The notes under the pieces are model-generated. The model did no database searches and had not been told where the DNA came from. It saw only the letters and a program-made list of their open reading frames with translations. The position numbers and the translations under genes are program-made. Positions 27,027 through 40,583 of a DNA stretch of 64,000 nucleotides are shown in pieces. The stretch is from the human T2T-CHM13v2.0 reference genome, Homo sapiens. The stretch is from the NCBI RefSeq assembly GCF_009914755.1, contig NC_060940.1, one strand, 5' to 3'. The stretch's first letter is position 1. Every line of letters begins with the position of its first letter.

Positions 27027-27696
27027 CTGCGATATGGGAAGAAGAGACAACATAACCTGGAAGCCACTGTGGGGTGAGACCCAACCTGACCTTGTCAATC
27101 TTCCGCTGTATTGGCAACACTGCCCTCCTCTCTCTACGCTCCAGCCTCTGTTTTCTTGCTCCTTAACTGCGCCTTGCTCACTCTCGTCTCTGGGCCTTTG
27201 CATACGCTAGCTCCTGTGCCCAGAATGTCCTCTCAAAAGATCTTTCATCGGCTGCCCCTCAGTTCTTGGTCTCAGCTCAGCTGCCACCTGTTTAAAGAGA
27301 CCTTGCCTGGCCACCCAATTGAAAAGAGCTGCTCCTGCCCTGACGTTTCTATGGGTCTCATGACTACCTATACAGCCCTTACCAGTATCTGAAAGTATCT
27401 CCTGCATTTACTTGTTGCCTTTATCTCCTATTGAATGTACGTACCAGGAGGACAAAGACCTCATCTGCCTTGTCTTTGCTGTGCCCCTGAGCCTAGAACA
27501 GTGTCTGGCACACGGTTGGTGTCTGAGTGCCATCAGCCTTGACTTAGGAATGCCAAGTCATCTCATCTCCATGAGATGATGCATCCATGACCCGAAGCAG
27601 CAGCAGCTGGAACACCACATGAGAGGAGCCCCAAAGGGGCAGCCCCCCATGGGCGATGCAGACTTAGACCAAGACTTGGGCCTTGGAGCTACTTAT

Positions 27697-27775
27697 GGCC
27701 TTGGTCAGGAATGTCCTCTCCAAGGCATCCCAGATCTGCTGGTCAGTGTGACGGTCAAAGGGATCTAGGTTGAAT
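27697..27775 (-). CDS. ABCC11: ABCC11 exon 27, [26 protein letters not shown] (donor site non-canonical in this sequence)
   Basis: Not in ORF track; NLDPF motif; tggtag| acceptor; 79 nt restores frame; followed by ATAAGT rather than GTAAGT. Confidence 0.93.
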
Positions 27776-28379
27776 CTACCATATGAGAGAAAGAGAAGTG
27801 TTCAACAACATCACCCAGGCTTTGAACACTCATTTATATGCCCAGTGAATGACCAAGAATGTTTAGAACTGGATTATGGGGTTTAGGGAAATTCATGGAA
27901 CCACCACAAATGGAGATTTTTTGTGCCTCCCAGCACCTGTTCCTTCTGCAGGCAGCAGGCCCAGGTTTTGTTTAGGGGCCACCTCCTCCCCAGTCCCCCA
28001 GCCCATGTGTTCCAGGGCAGGCTCCACCATCCACTCCTGATGGAGCAAAGGGCTCAAGGATAAGCCAATCGACATACAGCAATCCCTGGCCATGGTGCTT
28101 AGCTTGGGGTGGGAAAGTAACCAATCAGAGTGTATCTCAGGACTTTTCAGGCTACCATGGGAGACGTGCGGAGAGATTGCAACCATCCTCCCACAGGAGT
28201 GGGACACATGGAGCCCCCCAGGGCCCTCATGTGGAGTTCAGAATGAAGCAAGGCAATGCTAGGGGAAAACCGGGCCCTGGAACTCAGCCTTGGCCTCCCC
28301 ATTATCATGCATGAGTCATTAGAGGCCACTTTTCCTTAAGCCATTTGGGTTTTGTTTTATTGTGTGATAGAAAGTACAT

Positions 28380-29585
28380 AATATTTATCATTTTAACCAC
28401 TTAAAAGTGTACAATTCAGCAGCATTAAATACATTAATAATGTCATGTAACCATTACCACTATTTATATCGAAACCTTTTTCATCATCCTGCTGGGCATG
28501 GTGGTTCACACCTGTAATCCCAGCACTTTGGGAGGCTGAGGTGGGCAGAACACTTGAGGTCAGGAGTTTGAGACCAGCCTGGCCAACATGGTAAAACCCC
28601 ACTCCACTAAAAATACAAAAATTAGCCAGGCACAGTGATGCAAGCCTGTAGTCCCAGTTACTCAGGAAGCTGAGACAGAAGAATCACTTAAACCCAGGAG
28701 GTGGAGGTTGCAGTGAGCTGAGATGGTGTCACTGCACTCTAGCCTGGGTGACAGAGTGAGACTCGGTCTCAGAACAAAACAAAACAAAACAAAACAAAAC
28801 TTTTTCATTATCCCCAACAAAAACTCTATACCCATTAAACAGTCTCTTCTTCCCCCTCCCCACCAGCCCTTGGTAACTTCTATTCTACTTTCCATCGATA
28901 TGGATTTGCCTATTCCAGCTACCTCATATAAGTGGACTCATGTAGTATGTGTCCTTCTGTCTGGCATCTTTCACTTCGTGTCCATCCATATTGTAGCATG
29001 TAACATTTCCCTTCTTTTTAGAGCTGCATAATATTCCATTGTATGTATATACCACATTTTGTTTTTCCATTCATCTGTTTATAGACGTATGACTTGTTTC
29101 CACCTTTTGATTACTGTGAGTAGGGCTGCTCTAAACACTAGTGTACACATATGGGTTGAAGTCTCTGCTTTCAACACTTTGGGATATATAACTAGAAGTG
29201 AAATTCCTGGATTACATGGTAATTCTATGTTTAACTTTTTTTTTTTTTTTTTTGAGACAGGGTCTCACTCTGTCTACGAGGCTGGAGTGCAGTGGTGCAA
29301 ACACAGCTCACTACAGCGTTGACCTCTTGGGCTCAAGCAAGCCTCCCACCTCAGTCTCCTGAGTAGCTGGAATTGCAAGCACAGACCACCATGCCCAGCT
29401 AATTTTTGTTTACCTTTTTGAGGAATTGCCAAATTGTTTTCCATGGTCTCTGCACAATTTTACATCCCCACTGGCAATGCATGAGAGTTTCAATTTTTTC
29501 ACATCCTTGTTAATAATACTTGCTATTTACCTTTTATTATTGTTATAGCCATTCTAGTAGGTGTGAAGTGGTAGCTCATTGTTGG
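28380..29585 (-). mobile_element. L1MB-type 3' fragment with nested Alu (+, ~28490-28800) and Alu monomer (-, ~29237-29410)
   Basis: L1M 3'UTR motifs (gcataatattccattgtatg, gccattctagtaggtgtgaagtgg) and Alu consensus. Confidence 0.8.
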
Positions 29586-30385
29586 GGGGCTGGACTTTCT
29601 GTTTCTTGCAGTGAAAAGAATCCTAACATCCAGGTAACTGACATGAGAGAGGGAATCTATCTGGACTTTACACCCAGCAAGCTTTACACTTGCATCTGGA
29701 ACAGGCAGCACTATAGACACTTCCCTGCTATGCAGCCATGTAGCCCTGAGTGAAACCTGTCAACCTTGCTTTATCCTTCCCCAGTTGTGCCAGCCACGCA
29801 TATCTTGTGTGTAGGGCTAATGTGTACTAAAGAAGAGGCAGGTCTTATTTGCATGACATTTGATATCTCCAAAGCACTTTCATAGATGGGTTATTTGACA
29901 TTTTCTCCTCCATGAGATGGGTATACTCCTTTCTTATCAGTTTTAAATGGCTTGTTCAAGGTCACGCCACAAGCCAGTATGAGAGCCAGGCTGGCATCAA
30001 GACATTCAGAGAGATGCTTAAGGGTAGAGCCTTAAGTTCTAAGGTAGGATTTCAAGTCCACATTTCTTTCTACAGAAAGAGGTGGGGGGAAATATCACAA
30101 ATTATGGGTTTAGAACACCTAGGGTTATATCTCATGTTCGCCATTTCTTTGTGTGTCTTTAAACAAGTCCCCTTCCTCTCTAAGTTCCGTGCCTTCATCT
30201 GTAAAATGGGGATAATGAAGGGGCCTCACAGTGTTGCTGGGAGAGTTAAATTAGGCAGTATACTAAAGCATTCAGTTGGCACATATAAATGCTCAATAAA
30301 TGTTAGTTCATATTTTTACTACTCTTCATATCAACGCACAGGAGATTTGGCCACATTCTACTGTAACATAGAAATCTATCACTAA

Positions 30386-30787
<402 letters not shown>

Positions 30788-31599
30788 TGAAAAGAGTTTG
30801 TCTCCTATTTCTGCCTGGCAAGCTCCTACTCAGCTTTCAAGACCCTGATCAAATGTCCCCTCCTCTGGGAAGCCTTTCTGGATTCACTCAGGCAGTGACT
30901 CATCCCAGTCGTAGCTCCCTTAGCATTTTGTACATATCTCTGATCTAACAATTACCCCTTCATACTGTGATTTATTGGGTCTTACCCCTGTACAAAACCA
31001 TCTTCCCCACCCACACTGTGAGCTCCTGCTGGGGGAGCAGGGAAAATGTACATTCATTAAACTGGCTCCAGTCCCTAGCACAGTGTCCAGACCAGGCAGA
31101 AGCTCAGAAAAGGCAAGTTAAATGAGTGGGAGGATGAATGAAGGAATGAATGAATGAAGCTCTGGGGTTCAGTTTATCCTCCTGGCTCTAAGAATTCTCC
31201 TTAAATATCACAAAACATGGGGGGACCTAGCCTGCTTTTTAGTGCATCCATCTTCCTCAGTCCCCATGCCTTGATGTTTCCTCCCAGATAAAGTGCATTG
31301 TCAGTAGGAGCCTAATCTGGATAAAGCTTTGTCCCTGAGTTGACTTCTGAGGACACAGAAAGTGTAGTGAAGAGGCTGGAAGATCTGGTTCTGTCTGCTT
31401 CACTGACTGGGCTGCCTGGATTTTTCTCACATCACTCCTGTCCAGAATGTGTACCATTGAAGAAGCACTTCCTAAAAACGTCCCCAGGGGCTTTGCCCAG
31501 TGCACAGAGAGAATAAGCTACATCTGGACAAGAAAGAATATGGTAGCCTGAGTGCAAATGCTTAATGGTGTAGTGAAATCTGACCAATCCCATCAGGGT

Positions 31600-31808
31600 T
31601 TTGTTTCTGTTTTTTGTTTGTTTGCTTGTTTGTTTGTTTGTTTTTTAATAAGAGTCAGGGTCTTGTTGTGTTGCCCAGGTTGGAGCACAGTGGCTATTCA
31701 CAGGCACAGTCATAGTGTACTACAGCCCTGAGCTCCTGGGCTCAAGTGATCCTCCTGCCTCAGCCTCCCAAATAGCTCGGACTACGGCTGTGCACCACCA
31801 TGCCATCC
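31600..31808 (-). mobile_element. FAM (fossil Alu monomer) with (TTTG)n tail
   Basis: ggctattcacaggcacagtcatagtgtactacagcc segment characteristic of FAM/7SL. Confidence 0.75.
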
Positions 31809-32065
31809 AGTTTCTAAAAAATAAAAATATGTTTTGTTTTTGCGTATAACATTACGGTTTACAAAGTGCTCTTATATATATTGAGGCCTCATTTAATCCT
31901 CAACAGTACTTCAGTGAGGTAAGCCAGGTAGGCATGAGTGGCCCAGCAGGCCAAGGAGGCCTGGAAATCGGGGCATTGGTCACCAGCTCACTATAGGCAG
32001 CCCGGTGCTGGAATCCTGGTCCTGTGACCCACCTCCTGCAGGCTGCCTGCTGGCCCGGCACTCAC

Positions 32066-32225
32066 CTGATGGTTCCTGAGAGCAGCACTGGATCTTGAGG
32101 GATCACTGAGAGCTTGGACCGCAAGTCCTCCAGGCCGATGCTGCAAATGTCCACGCCGTCAATGAGAATCCGGCCTGCCATGGGCTCCACCAGGCGGAAG
32201 AGAGCCATGCCCAAGGAGGACTTCC
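32066..32225 (-). CDS. ABCC11: ABCC11 exon 26, [54 protein letters not shown]
   Basis: ccacag| acceptor, AG|gtgagt donor; 160 nt; Walker A end and Q-loop IPQDP. Confidence 0.98.
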
Positions 32226-33731
32226 CTGTGGGGCAAGAAACAAGCGGGGCCTCAGTTTCCTGCATCTGCACTAGCGGAAGCACAGATCGCACCTGGCGAT
32301 CACACCTGACCCGCTGCCCTCCGTGGCCCATTCTTCATCACTGTGAGCCCTGAAGGGGTAGGAGAGGGCTGGCGTCCCTGCTCCAGGTGATACCTAATGC
32401 CATGAGCAGCTTGTTACAGCCTAGATCAGAGGGCACACGTGGGGCCCCTGGATCAAAGCCAGCCCGCAGACATGTTTTGTTTCATATACACAATGTTAGG
32501 ATTATTTTTTAATTCCTTGCCAGCATTTTTAAAAATCCTAGATATAAAAGTTCAAATTGCATGTTTCTCTTGAAATTTAGTAGAATTGGCAACACTGGAC
32601 CCATATCCCCCCCAGGCAACAGCTCGGCTGGAGCTGAGCGCAGCCACTTGGTTGAGACACAGTGGCATTCTCCAGTCACCACCCGCCCTCCCCCGCCCCC
32701 ATATATCACACCCACCCATGGCACCTGCCAGGCTCCAAAGCATTGGAGGTTTCAACCCTGTTCTCATAGTTAAGCTCTATAAGGGTAGAAGCTGTGTGTC
32801 TTCCTTACCTTTCGGTTCCCAGGCACATAGTAGGTGCTCAGTAAAAACCTACTGAATGAATATAGGCAGTAGGGTCAGAATCTACTGAGAGCTTTTCTCT
32901 GCCAGACCCCAGCCCTCTCAGGGTTTCCACCAATCGGCAGGTGGAAAATAGCAAGAGAAGAACACCCAAAAGAACATATGTGGAAGCTCTTCACCCTGCA
33001 GTGCAGGAGTGCTGAGGAGACAGACCAGGCAGGCCCTCATTATCCATGGGGCTGCCTGGAGGAGGCAGCTCTGGGGTGCCCAGGAGTGGGGGACTGGGGA
33101 CAAGAACCAAGTCTTAACAGTAGTTTTTGAACAATGCAAAGAGGCAGAGGGAGGGGGACTTGGGCCAGATCTCCCAGAAGTGACAGGAGAGGAAGACAGG
33201 GAGAGAAACTGAGGAGGAGAAAGGAAACTGGGAGAGGAAAGAGGAGGAGACAGAGGCTGGTGAGAGCAGTCCAGGAAGGGGGTGGGGAGGGAGGAAAAGG
33301 GGAGTCTGGATTTAACTCCTAGCCTGCTCTTCATCCTGGCAGTGCCCTGCAATGCCCCTCCAAAAGTGCTCCTGCCCGGACCCTATACCCCTCAGCTTAA
33401 GCACTGGGCTCAGAACCCAGGTATCCAAGGCCCAGTACCACTAGCCCCATTATTCTGCATACCACCCTGTGGCAGCCACCACAGCCTGCAGCTGTCACAT
33501 TTCCGTCTTTATTTGCTGGTCTATTTAACATCCGTCTCCTCCACTGGAATCCCATGATCACAGGGACCTTGGGTTTCGCTCACCAGTGTTTGTCTAGCAC
33601 AGGGCCCAGCACAGCATGAGGACCTAATACATATTTGGGGGATGACTGAGCAAACACATGCCCCTAAATAGGTCTAGTGCCCAAAGGGCAAAGGAGGAGC
33701 TGGGGACGCTCGCCCAGGAAGCTCAGCTCAC

Positions 33732-33921
33732 CAGAGCCCGTCCTTCCCACGATGCCCACCACTTCGTGGCCGCGGATGGTCAGGTTGATGCCGTGAAGCA
33801 CGGTGGGTGTGTTGTCTCTGTATTTCATGTGATAATCCTGAAATATGATTTCCCCATGCTGTGGCCACCCCTGGGGACAACTTGTGCCTTCCATGTGTAA
33901 AGGAGCTTCCGAGACACACAT
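33732..33921 (-). CDS. ABCC11: ABCC11 exon 25, start of NBD2 to Walker A (WPQHGEI...GIVGRTGS)
   Basis: aacaag|ATG acceptor, G|gtgagc donor; 190 nt. Confidence 0.96.
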
Positions 33922-35404
33922 CTTGTTTTTGAAGAAAGAAAAAGAAATCAATAGTTATCATCTATCTCGGCCCATCCCCTGCGGGCCTGCCAGCCTCCCG
34001 CTGTAGGGGGTGTGACCCACCCCAGCCTGCCTTGCGCCAAGGTCAAGCCCCCTGCTGTGTAATCAGAGGAACATCGCCCGTGCCCCCATCGCCTAAAACA
34101 TACAAAATTTTCCCCAGAAGAGTGAGAAACCTGCATAGCTAATTCCCTTGTTATTAACATAGAGCAATGTTCCTGATTTACTGTGTGACTTTAAAGAAAT
34201 AGAATCCAAGGTAATGACAGTAAAGGCAGCAGAGACTCCCCCCTTCGGGGGGGTTCATAGCTCAGAGCCCTTGTGCAGACTTAATCTCTCTCTATCCTCA
34301 TCCTATGAGACAGGCCTTTTTGGAGGCATTTCCCAGGTGAGGAGATAGAGGATCCAACAACTTAAGATCAACAACTTACTTAACGTAAGTTCCACAACTT
34401 ACTTAAGATCACACAGTTTCAGGTTGGAACTCAAACCCAGATCTGCCTAACGCCGAGCCCACTCTGCATCAAGTGCAGTTGTGTGTGTTGAGAGGAAAGA
34501 ACGCTGGAGAAGAAGTTGGATCTGACCACCTGGCTGCAAGCCACAACTCCCCATGCTGGTGCCGTGTCACAGCAGCATCCCTGGGCAGGAAATCAGAGCC
34601 CTACAATTCATAAATTCCACTCATGCAAGGGGGCAGGAGACCTGGTTTGTAGAGGGCTCTGCCAGCCCCAGCCTGTGTGATCTTAAGCAAAAGTTCTGCC
34701 TGGCCCAACCTCGGTTTCCTTGTCTGAAAAATGTGGATAATCATTCAATCAACCTAATAAAATTGTTCCATGATCCCATGAGATAGTCTAGATAAAGGGC
34801 TTAGCACCATGCCTGGCCCACAGAAAGGTCTCAATCACAATAATAAAGAACATGATGGAGCCTCACTATGGGTCAGGCAGTGTGCTATGTGCTTTACATG
34901 TTATATCATTTCAACTTTGTGATAATCTGGCAAAGGGACGCTATTGTCTTTCTCATTTCAGAGATGGGGAAAAGAGAGTTTGAATAAGTTGCCCAGGTTA
35001 TTCCAATGATTCAAATGGTAAAGCTTAGACTTGAACCCAGGAAATCTGGCTACAGAATCTGTGCTCTTAACCACCATGACATAAATGGAAGCAATAATAG
35101 GAACAAAGATTGTTGTCATCATTATTATTGCACTGGGCAAACCTCTCATTTCCAAGAGGAGAAGATGATCTCCTCTTCCCCCTAGGAATGCTGTGAGGGA
35201 TGTGGTCAAAGTGAGCAGACAGGTATGGAAGAGCTTCAGCGAGATGGTCAACAAAAGTCTGGGGAAGACAGGGAGGAAAGGCCAGGAGCCTGGTGTTTCC
35301 TGGGATGGTCTCAGGGCTCTGAGGCCAGTGGGGCTTGTAGAGGTCACAGAAGTCATGCCCCAACTTGCATGGCTCCCCACACCAGACCCAGACCTGAACC
35401 CCAC

Positions 35405-35494
35405 CTTCATGTACTGCAGTATCCTCTCTACAGCCGTGAACTGTGCCTCTGTCTCCAAGCCAATCCGGGCAGTGGCCTGGAAGCTGGACGCCAG
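35405..35494 (-). CDS. ABCC11: ABCC11 exon 24, [30 protein letters not shown]
   Basis: ttctag| acceptor, AAG|gtgggg donor; 90 nt; E..F.AVERI..Y motif. Confidence 0.96.
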
Positions 35495-38328
35495 CTAGAA
35501 GGAAGGAGAAGTATCGGGGGTCAAGAGGCTGCTGGGGTGTGCTCAGGCTCTTCAACGCTCCTGATAACCACTGATTGCCATTGCCCCTGAGTGACCCCTG
35601 AAACTAAGATAATTTTCCTAGCAAGAATGGAGCAGAGGCCCCTGGTGCCTCCTCAGCCCACTTCTGAGTTTAGCTGCAGCTGCGATGGGCAATTCTGGGG
35701 GAGAACCTCCCCAGACACTGTTCCACCTCGAGTGCCCTCTGTATGTCTTTCTGCTCAAGACCTCTGCCCACATCACAGCAACCACCTAGCCTGTGCATGA
35801 GGACATCCCAGAAACCCAGGAGACTTAAGGTTACTGAGAATGAACTTTGACTGATGGGGAACAAGAGCTAGCAGAGATAAATGCTCCCATCTCCCAGCCT
35901 TTGAGGGCATGGTCCTGGAAATACCCCATATGCTTCTCAGGAGATCCCAGGACAGTTGAGCCCTAGTGACATAGAACAGGGACCCCAGTGTCACACTCCC
36001 ATGATGACTTCCTCCTTCCTCATCTCACTTTTCTGCTCCCTCAATCCTGGTTCCTGGGAGCACTTCCCAAATAAGCTGCCTGCACCCAAGTTCCTTTCTC
36101 AGGTCCTGCCTTCAGGGAAACCCAGGCTAGAGGAGTTAGGGACTCTTGGGAATTGGGGGCACCAAAGATAAGGAAACTGAGGCGCCAAAAGAAGAAATTA
36201 CATCCACAGAAACGTCTAGAAGCTGGAGGCAGAGCTGGGCTTGGGGCCCCGGTCTATAACCTCCATTACCCTGGCCCAAGAAATGGGCAAACAGGACGTG
36301 CAGGGGGTGCTGGGTAACACATTAATCATACATTCATTCAACAAACTCTGGTGGATGGCTCTGTGCCAGGTGCTGGACCAGGCTCCATGTCCCAAAGTGC
36401 AGCAGATGTAGGCCTGCCCTCGAGGAGATCCCAGCTGGATGGAAAGGCAGACAAGGCAACAAAGAATAAAGTGCAGAGGGGCGCACTCCACAATGGAGAA
36501 GCCCTGGAGTGCCACTGGGATGCACAGGAGGGGCCCTGGATGAGGGCACAGGGAAGGATTCCAAGAAGAGTCAGTCCTAGAGTGACATTTTTAAGGTGAA
36601 GTAAGATGCAGTGGACTAAAGATGGGTGGAGAAGTGTGTTCCAAACAGAACAGCCTATGTAAGCCCTGAAAGCAGCAAATTCTCAGAATACATCCAGGCA
36701 CCCACAAGCCATTTGGCTATGGCTGAAACAAAAGGGTGTAGGAAGGAGGGGAAGCCCTCTGTAAGTCAGAGAAGGTGGGCACCATGATGAAATGGTGCTT
36801 AGTCTGAAAAAGAGGCCAGGGGCGGGTTGGAAGACCACTTTTCCTCCCATCCCTCAGTGTATCACACCCTGCGGGCTGCCTTGCCAGCATCATGTTCAGG
36901 TGTCTGGTGGTCTTATGCTTCAGGGAAGCTTGGTTAATCCAAACCAACCACATTAATTCTACTCCTCTTGCCAGAGCTTGGTTTAGGTGTGGGCTCATGA
37001 TGCCATTCTGGCCGTTGAAGGATGAGAAGGCATCAGATGGGTGTATTCTTGAAAACTTCTCTTTGCTTTTAAAAAGGAACACATGGAAAAAGTTATCTCC
37101 TCTCCAGCCTTTGACTGTTATTGTGGGAGGATGTGACACTTGGGGCTGCAGCAGCCATTTTGTGACCATGAATACAGACAGACTTGCAGACAAAGCCAGG
37201 CTGTGGATGCCAGCACAGAAAGGTAGAACGATCAAGGGTTCATGCTAGGCCACTAAATGAGCCAACTGAGCATAGGCCTACCCCAGCCTTCTGGTTACAT
37301 GAGAGAATAAGTTCCCAGATGGTCGAGGCCATTTTGAGTTGGTTCTTTGCCTCGCAGCCAGATGCATCTCTGGCATTTACTGAGAAGCCTCTTGGGGCTG
37401 CAAAGCAATGTGATGTGTGATTCCTGCCTCCCAATGCTCGAATGTAATTTTCTCAAAAGCGCATGCAGAAGTCAGTGAGGTTCTGGCTTGACTGGAGCAG
37501 AGGGAGCACATTGAGGTCAGGACCCCATAGCTGAGGTTTGGTAGACAGGAGACAGAGTTTTTGAAGGCTTCTGAACGGGGCAGTGACATGATGAAAACTA
37601 TAATTAAACATTACTCTGGTGAGAGTGTGGAAGGTGACTTGGAAAGTACTGAAGGACTGGGAACTGAGACGTTATTACCAGGATGAAGATAAGATGCTTA
37701 AATAGTACAGCAGACCTTGAAAAGAAGAAAAGACCCTCAAGGGCCATTTTGAAGCAGTCAGTCCCCCAGGCAGGGTTTCCCATTAGAGTCTCCTGTGGTG
37801 CAACAACCTTTGAGCAACCGCCTGCTGTGAACAGTGCACCCTGGGAGAGATGAGCCTCTGCCTCGCTCCCTACAAGGGCTGCGCTTAGGGCAGCACCAGC
37901 ACTGGGCAACCTTCGCCCTGAGCGTTGCCCTCCTGATCTATGTCCTGAAGCAGCAGCGGGAGGGATTTCTGGGCCTTAGTGATTCCGAATCCCCTAAGAC
38001 ACTGGTGTGGTGCCTCTCCCTGAGAGTGCCGGAGGTTTGGGGGGCACTCTGTAATGGTGCATGTGTATGTGTATCAGAGAGAGAGAGAGAATGTGAGCCT
38101 GTGCACACACCTGTCTCTTATTGGCTATGGGAACATAGCCAAGTTACTTAAACGCTCTAAGCCCTAAGTTTTCTATTTGTAAGACAGGAACAATAATAGC
38201 TAATATTCATTGAGCATTTATTCCAGGCCAGGCTCTACTCTAGGTTTTTACAAACATTAAGTCTCACATTTACACATAATCCTCACAAGTCTATGATTTT
38301 GAAACTTTTATCTCCCTTTTACAGATGA

Positions 38329-38720
<392 letters not shown>

Positions 38721-38952
38721 CCAAACCACATGTTCTTAACCACTTTGCTCATCTCATGCAGTGTGGTGAGCACTGAATGCCTGGAAGAGAGCACGGCCAG
38801 TGCCTGGCATTGCACCAGCTCAGTGGAAGCTCCCAGTCAGCCCAGCTGTTATTGCACTCCCAGTGCATGTACGTGCTTGCTTCAGGGGGCTCAACGAGGA
38901 GTGAGATGGAGCCCCTTTGCATGCCCAAAATAACAGCTCAGCATGGAGGACT

Positions 38953-39090
38953 GATACATGTGCTCATGGACATACATGCACTCCAGCACATACATGCACT
39001 CCAGCACACACATGCACTCCAGTACATACATGTGCTCCTGCACATACATGCACTCCTACACATACATGCATTCTTGGACATACACGCACA
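38953..39090. repeat. 18-bp minisatellite, ~7.5 copies, consensus catacatgcactccagca
   Basis: Units counted directly. Confidence 0.9.
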
Positions 39091-39305
39091 TGCCTGTGTG
39101 TGCAGAGCCTTCTGCAGACACATGGACATTCAGAGAGCTATGTGGTCCTCACCCTCAGACGCCTGGGAGTGCAATAACAGCTGGGCTGACTGGGAGCTTC
39201 CACTGAGCTGGTGCAATGCCAGGCACTGGCCGTGCTCTCTTCCAGGCATTCAGTGCTCACCACACTGCATGAGATGAGCAAAGTGGTTAAGAACATGTAG
39301 TTTGG

Positions 39306-39634
<329 letters not shown>

Positions 39635-40288
39635 TTAAAGAGGCTCTGCCCATTATTAGCTGTGTGGCTTTGGATAAATTGGTTAACCTCTCTGTGCCTG
39701 GGATTCCTCATCTGTAAAAGGGAGATAATAAAAGTTTCAAAATCATAGACTTGTGAGGATTATGTGTAAATGTGAGACTTAATGCTTGTAAAAACCTAGA
39801 GTAGTGCCTGGCCTGGAATAAATGCTCAATGAATATTAGCTATTATTGTTCCTGTCTTACAAATAGAAAACTTAGGGCTTAGAGCATTTAAGTAACTTGG
39901 CCATGTTCCCATAGCCAATAAAAGACAGGTGTGTGCACAGGCTCACATTCTCTCAGGGGACATACGCAAGATCCCAAGCCAATTAGAGAGAAAGCCACAT
40001 AACCACAGAGGGGACAATTAATGAATAAGCCCTGGGGGAAGGAGCCCTGGACTGGTACAGCCCAGGTTCCCTTAGGCACTGCCAAGCCGGCCTCAGGCCT
40101 TGGGGCCTTCACGGATGCCCCTTCTGTGGGACTCTGTGGACAGTGAACCTTGGCCAGTCGCTCTCTCTCCACATCTCTCCCCATCTCCCAGCCCCCAGTG
40201 TGCTGGGCACAGAGGGATTCCGGCCTTGAGGTACACAGCTCACTATATCAGAATCTCCTACAGAACCCGTTTTAAAAATTAGATTCCA

Positions 40289-40583
40289 GGCTGGACACGG
40301 TGGTTAACACCTGAGTGCCAGCACTTTGGGAGACCGAGGCCAGTGGATCACTTGAAGCCAGGAGCTCAAGACCAGCCTGGCCAACATGGCAAAACCCCGT
40401 GTCTAACCAAAAATACAAAAATGAGCCGGGAATGGTGGCATGTGCCTGTAATCCCAGCTACTCAGGAGGCTGAGGCAGGAGAATCAAGTGAACCCAGGAG
40501 GTGGAGATTGCAGTGAGCCAAGATCGTGCCACTGTGCTCCATCCTGGATGACAGAGTGAGATCCTATCTCAAAAAATAAAAAA
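40289..40583 (+). mobile_element. Alu nested in a MER5-like remnant
   Basis: TSD aaattagattcca. Confidence 0.88.

Noticed and set aside
27691-27696. Exon-27 donor as a minor-spliceosome AT-AC intron
   Set aside because: Lacks ATATCCTT and the intron ends in AG (27027-27028); +2 to +6 match the U2 consensus, so a point change is the simpler reading
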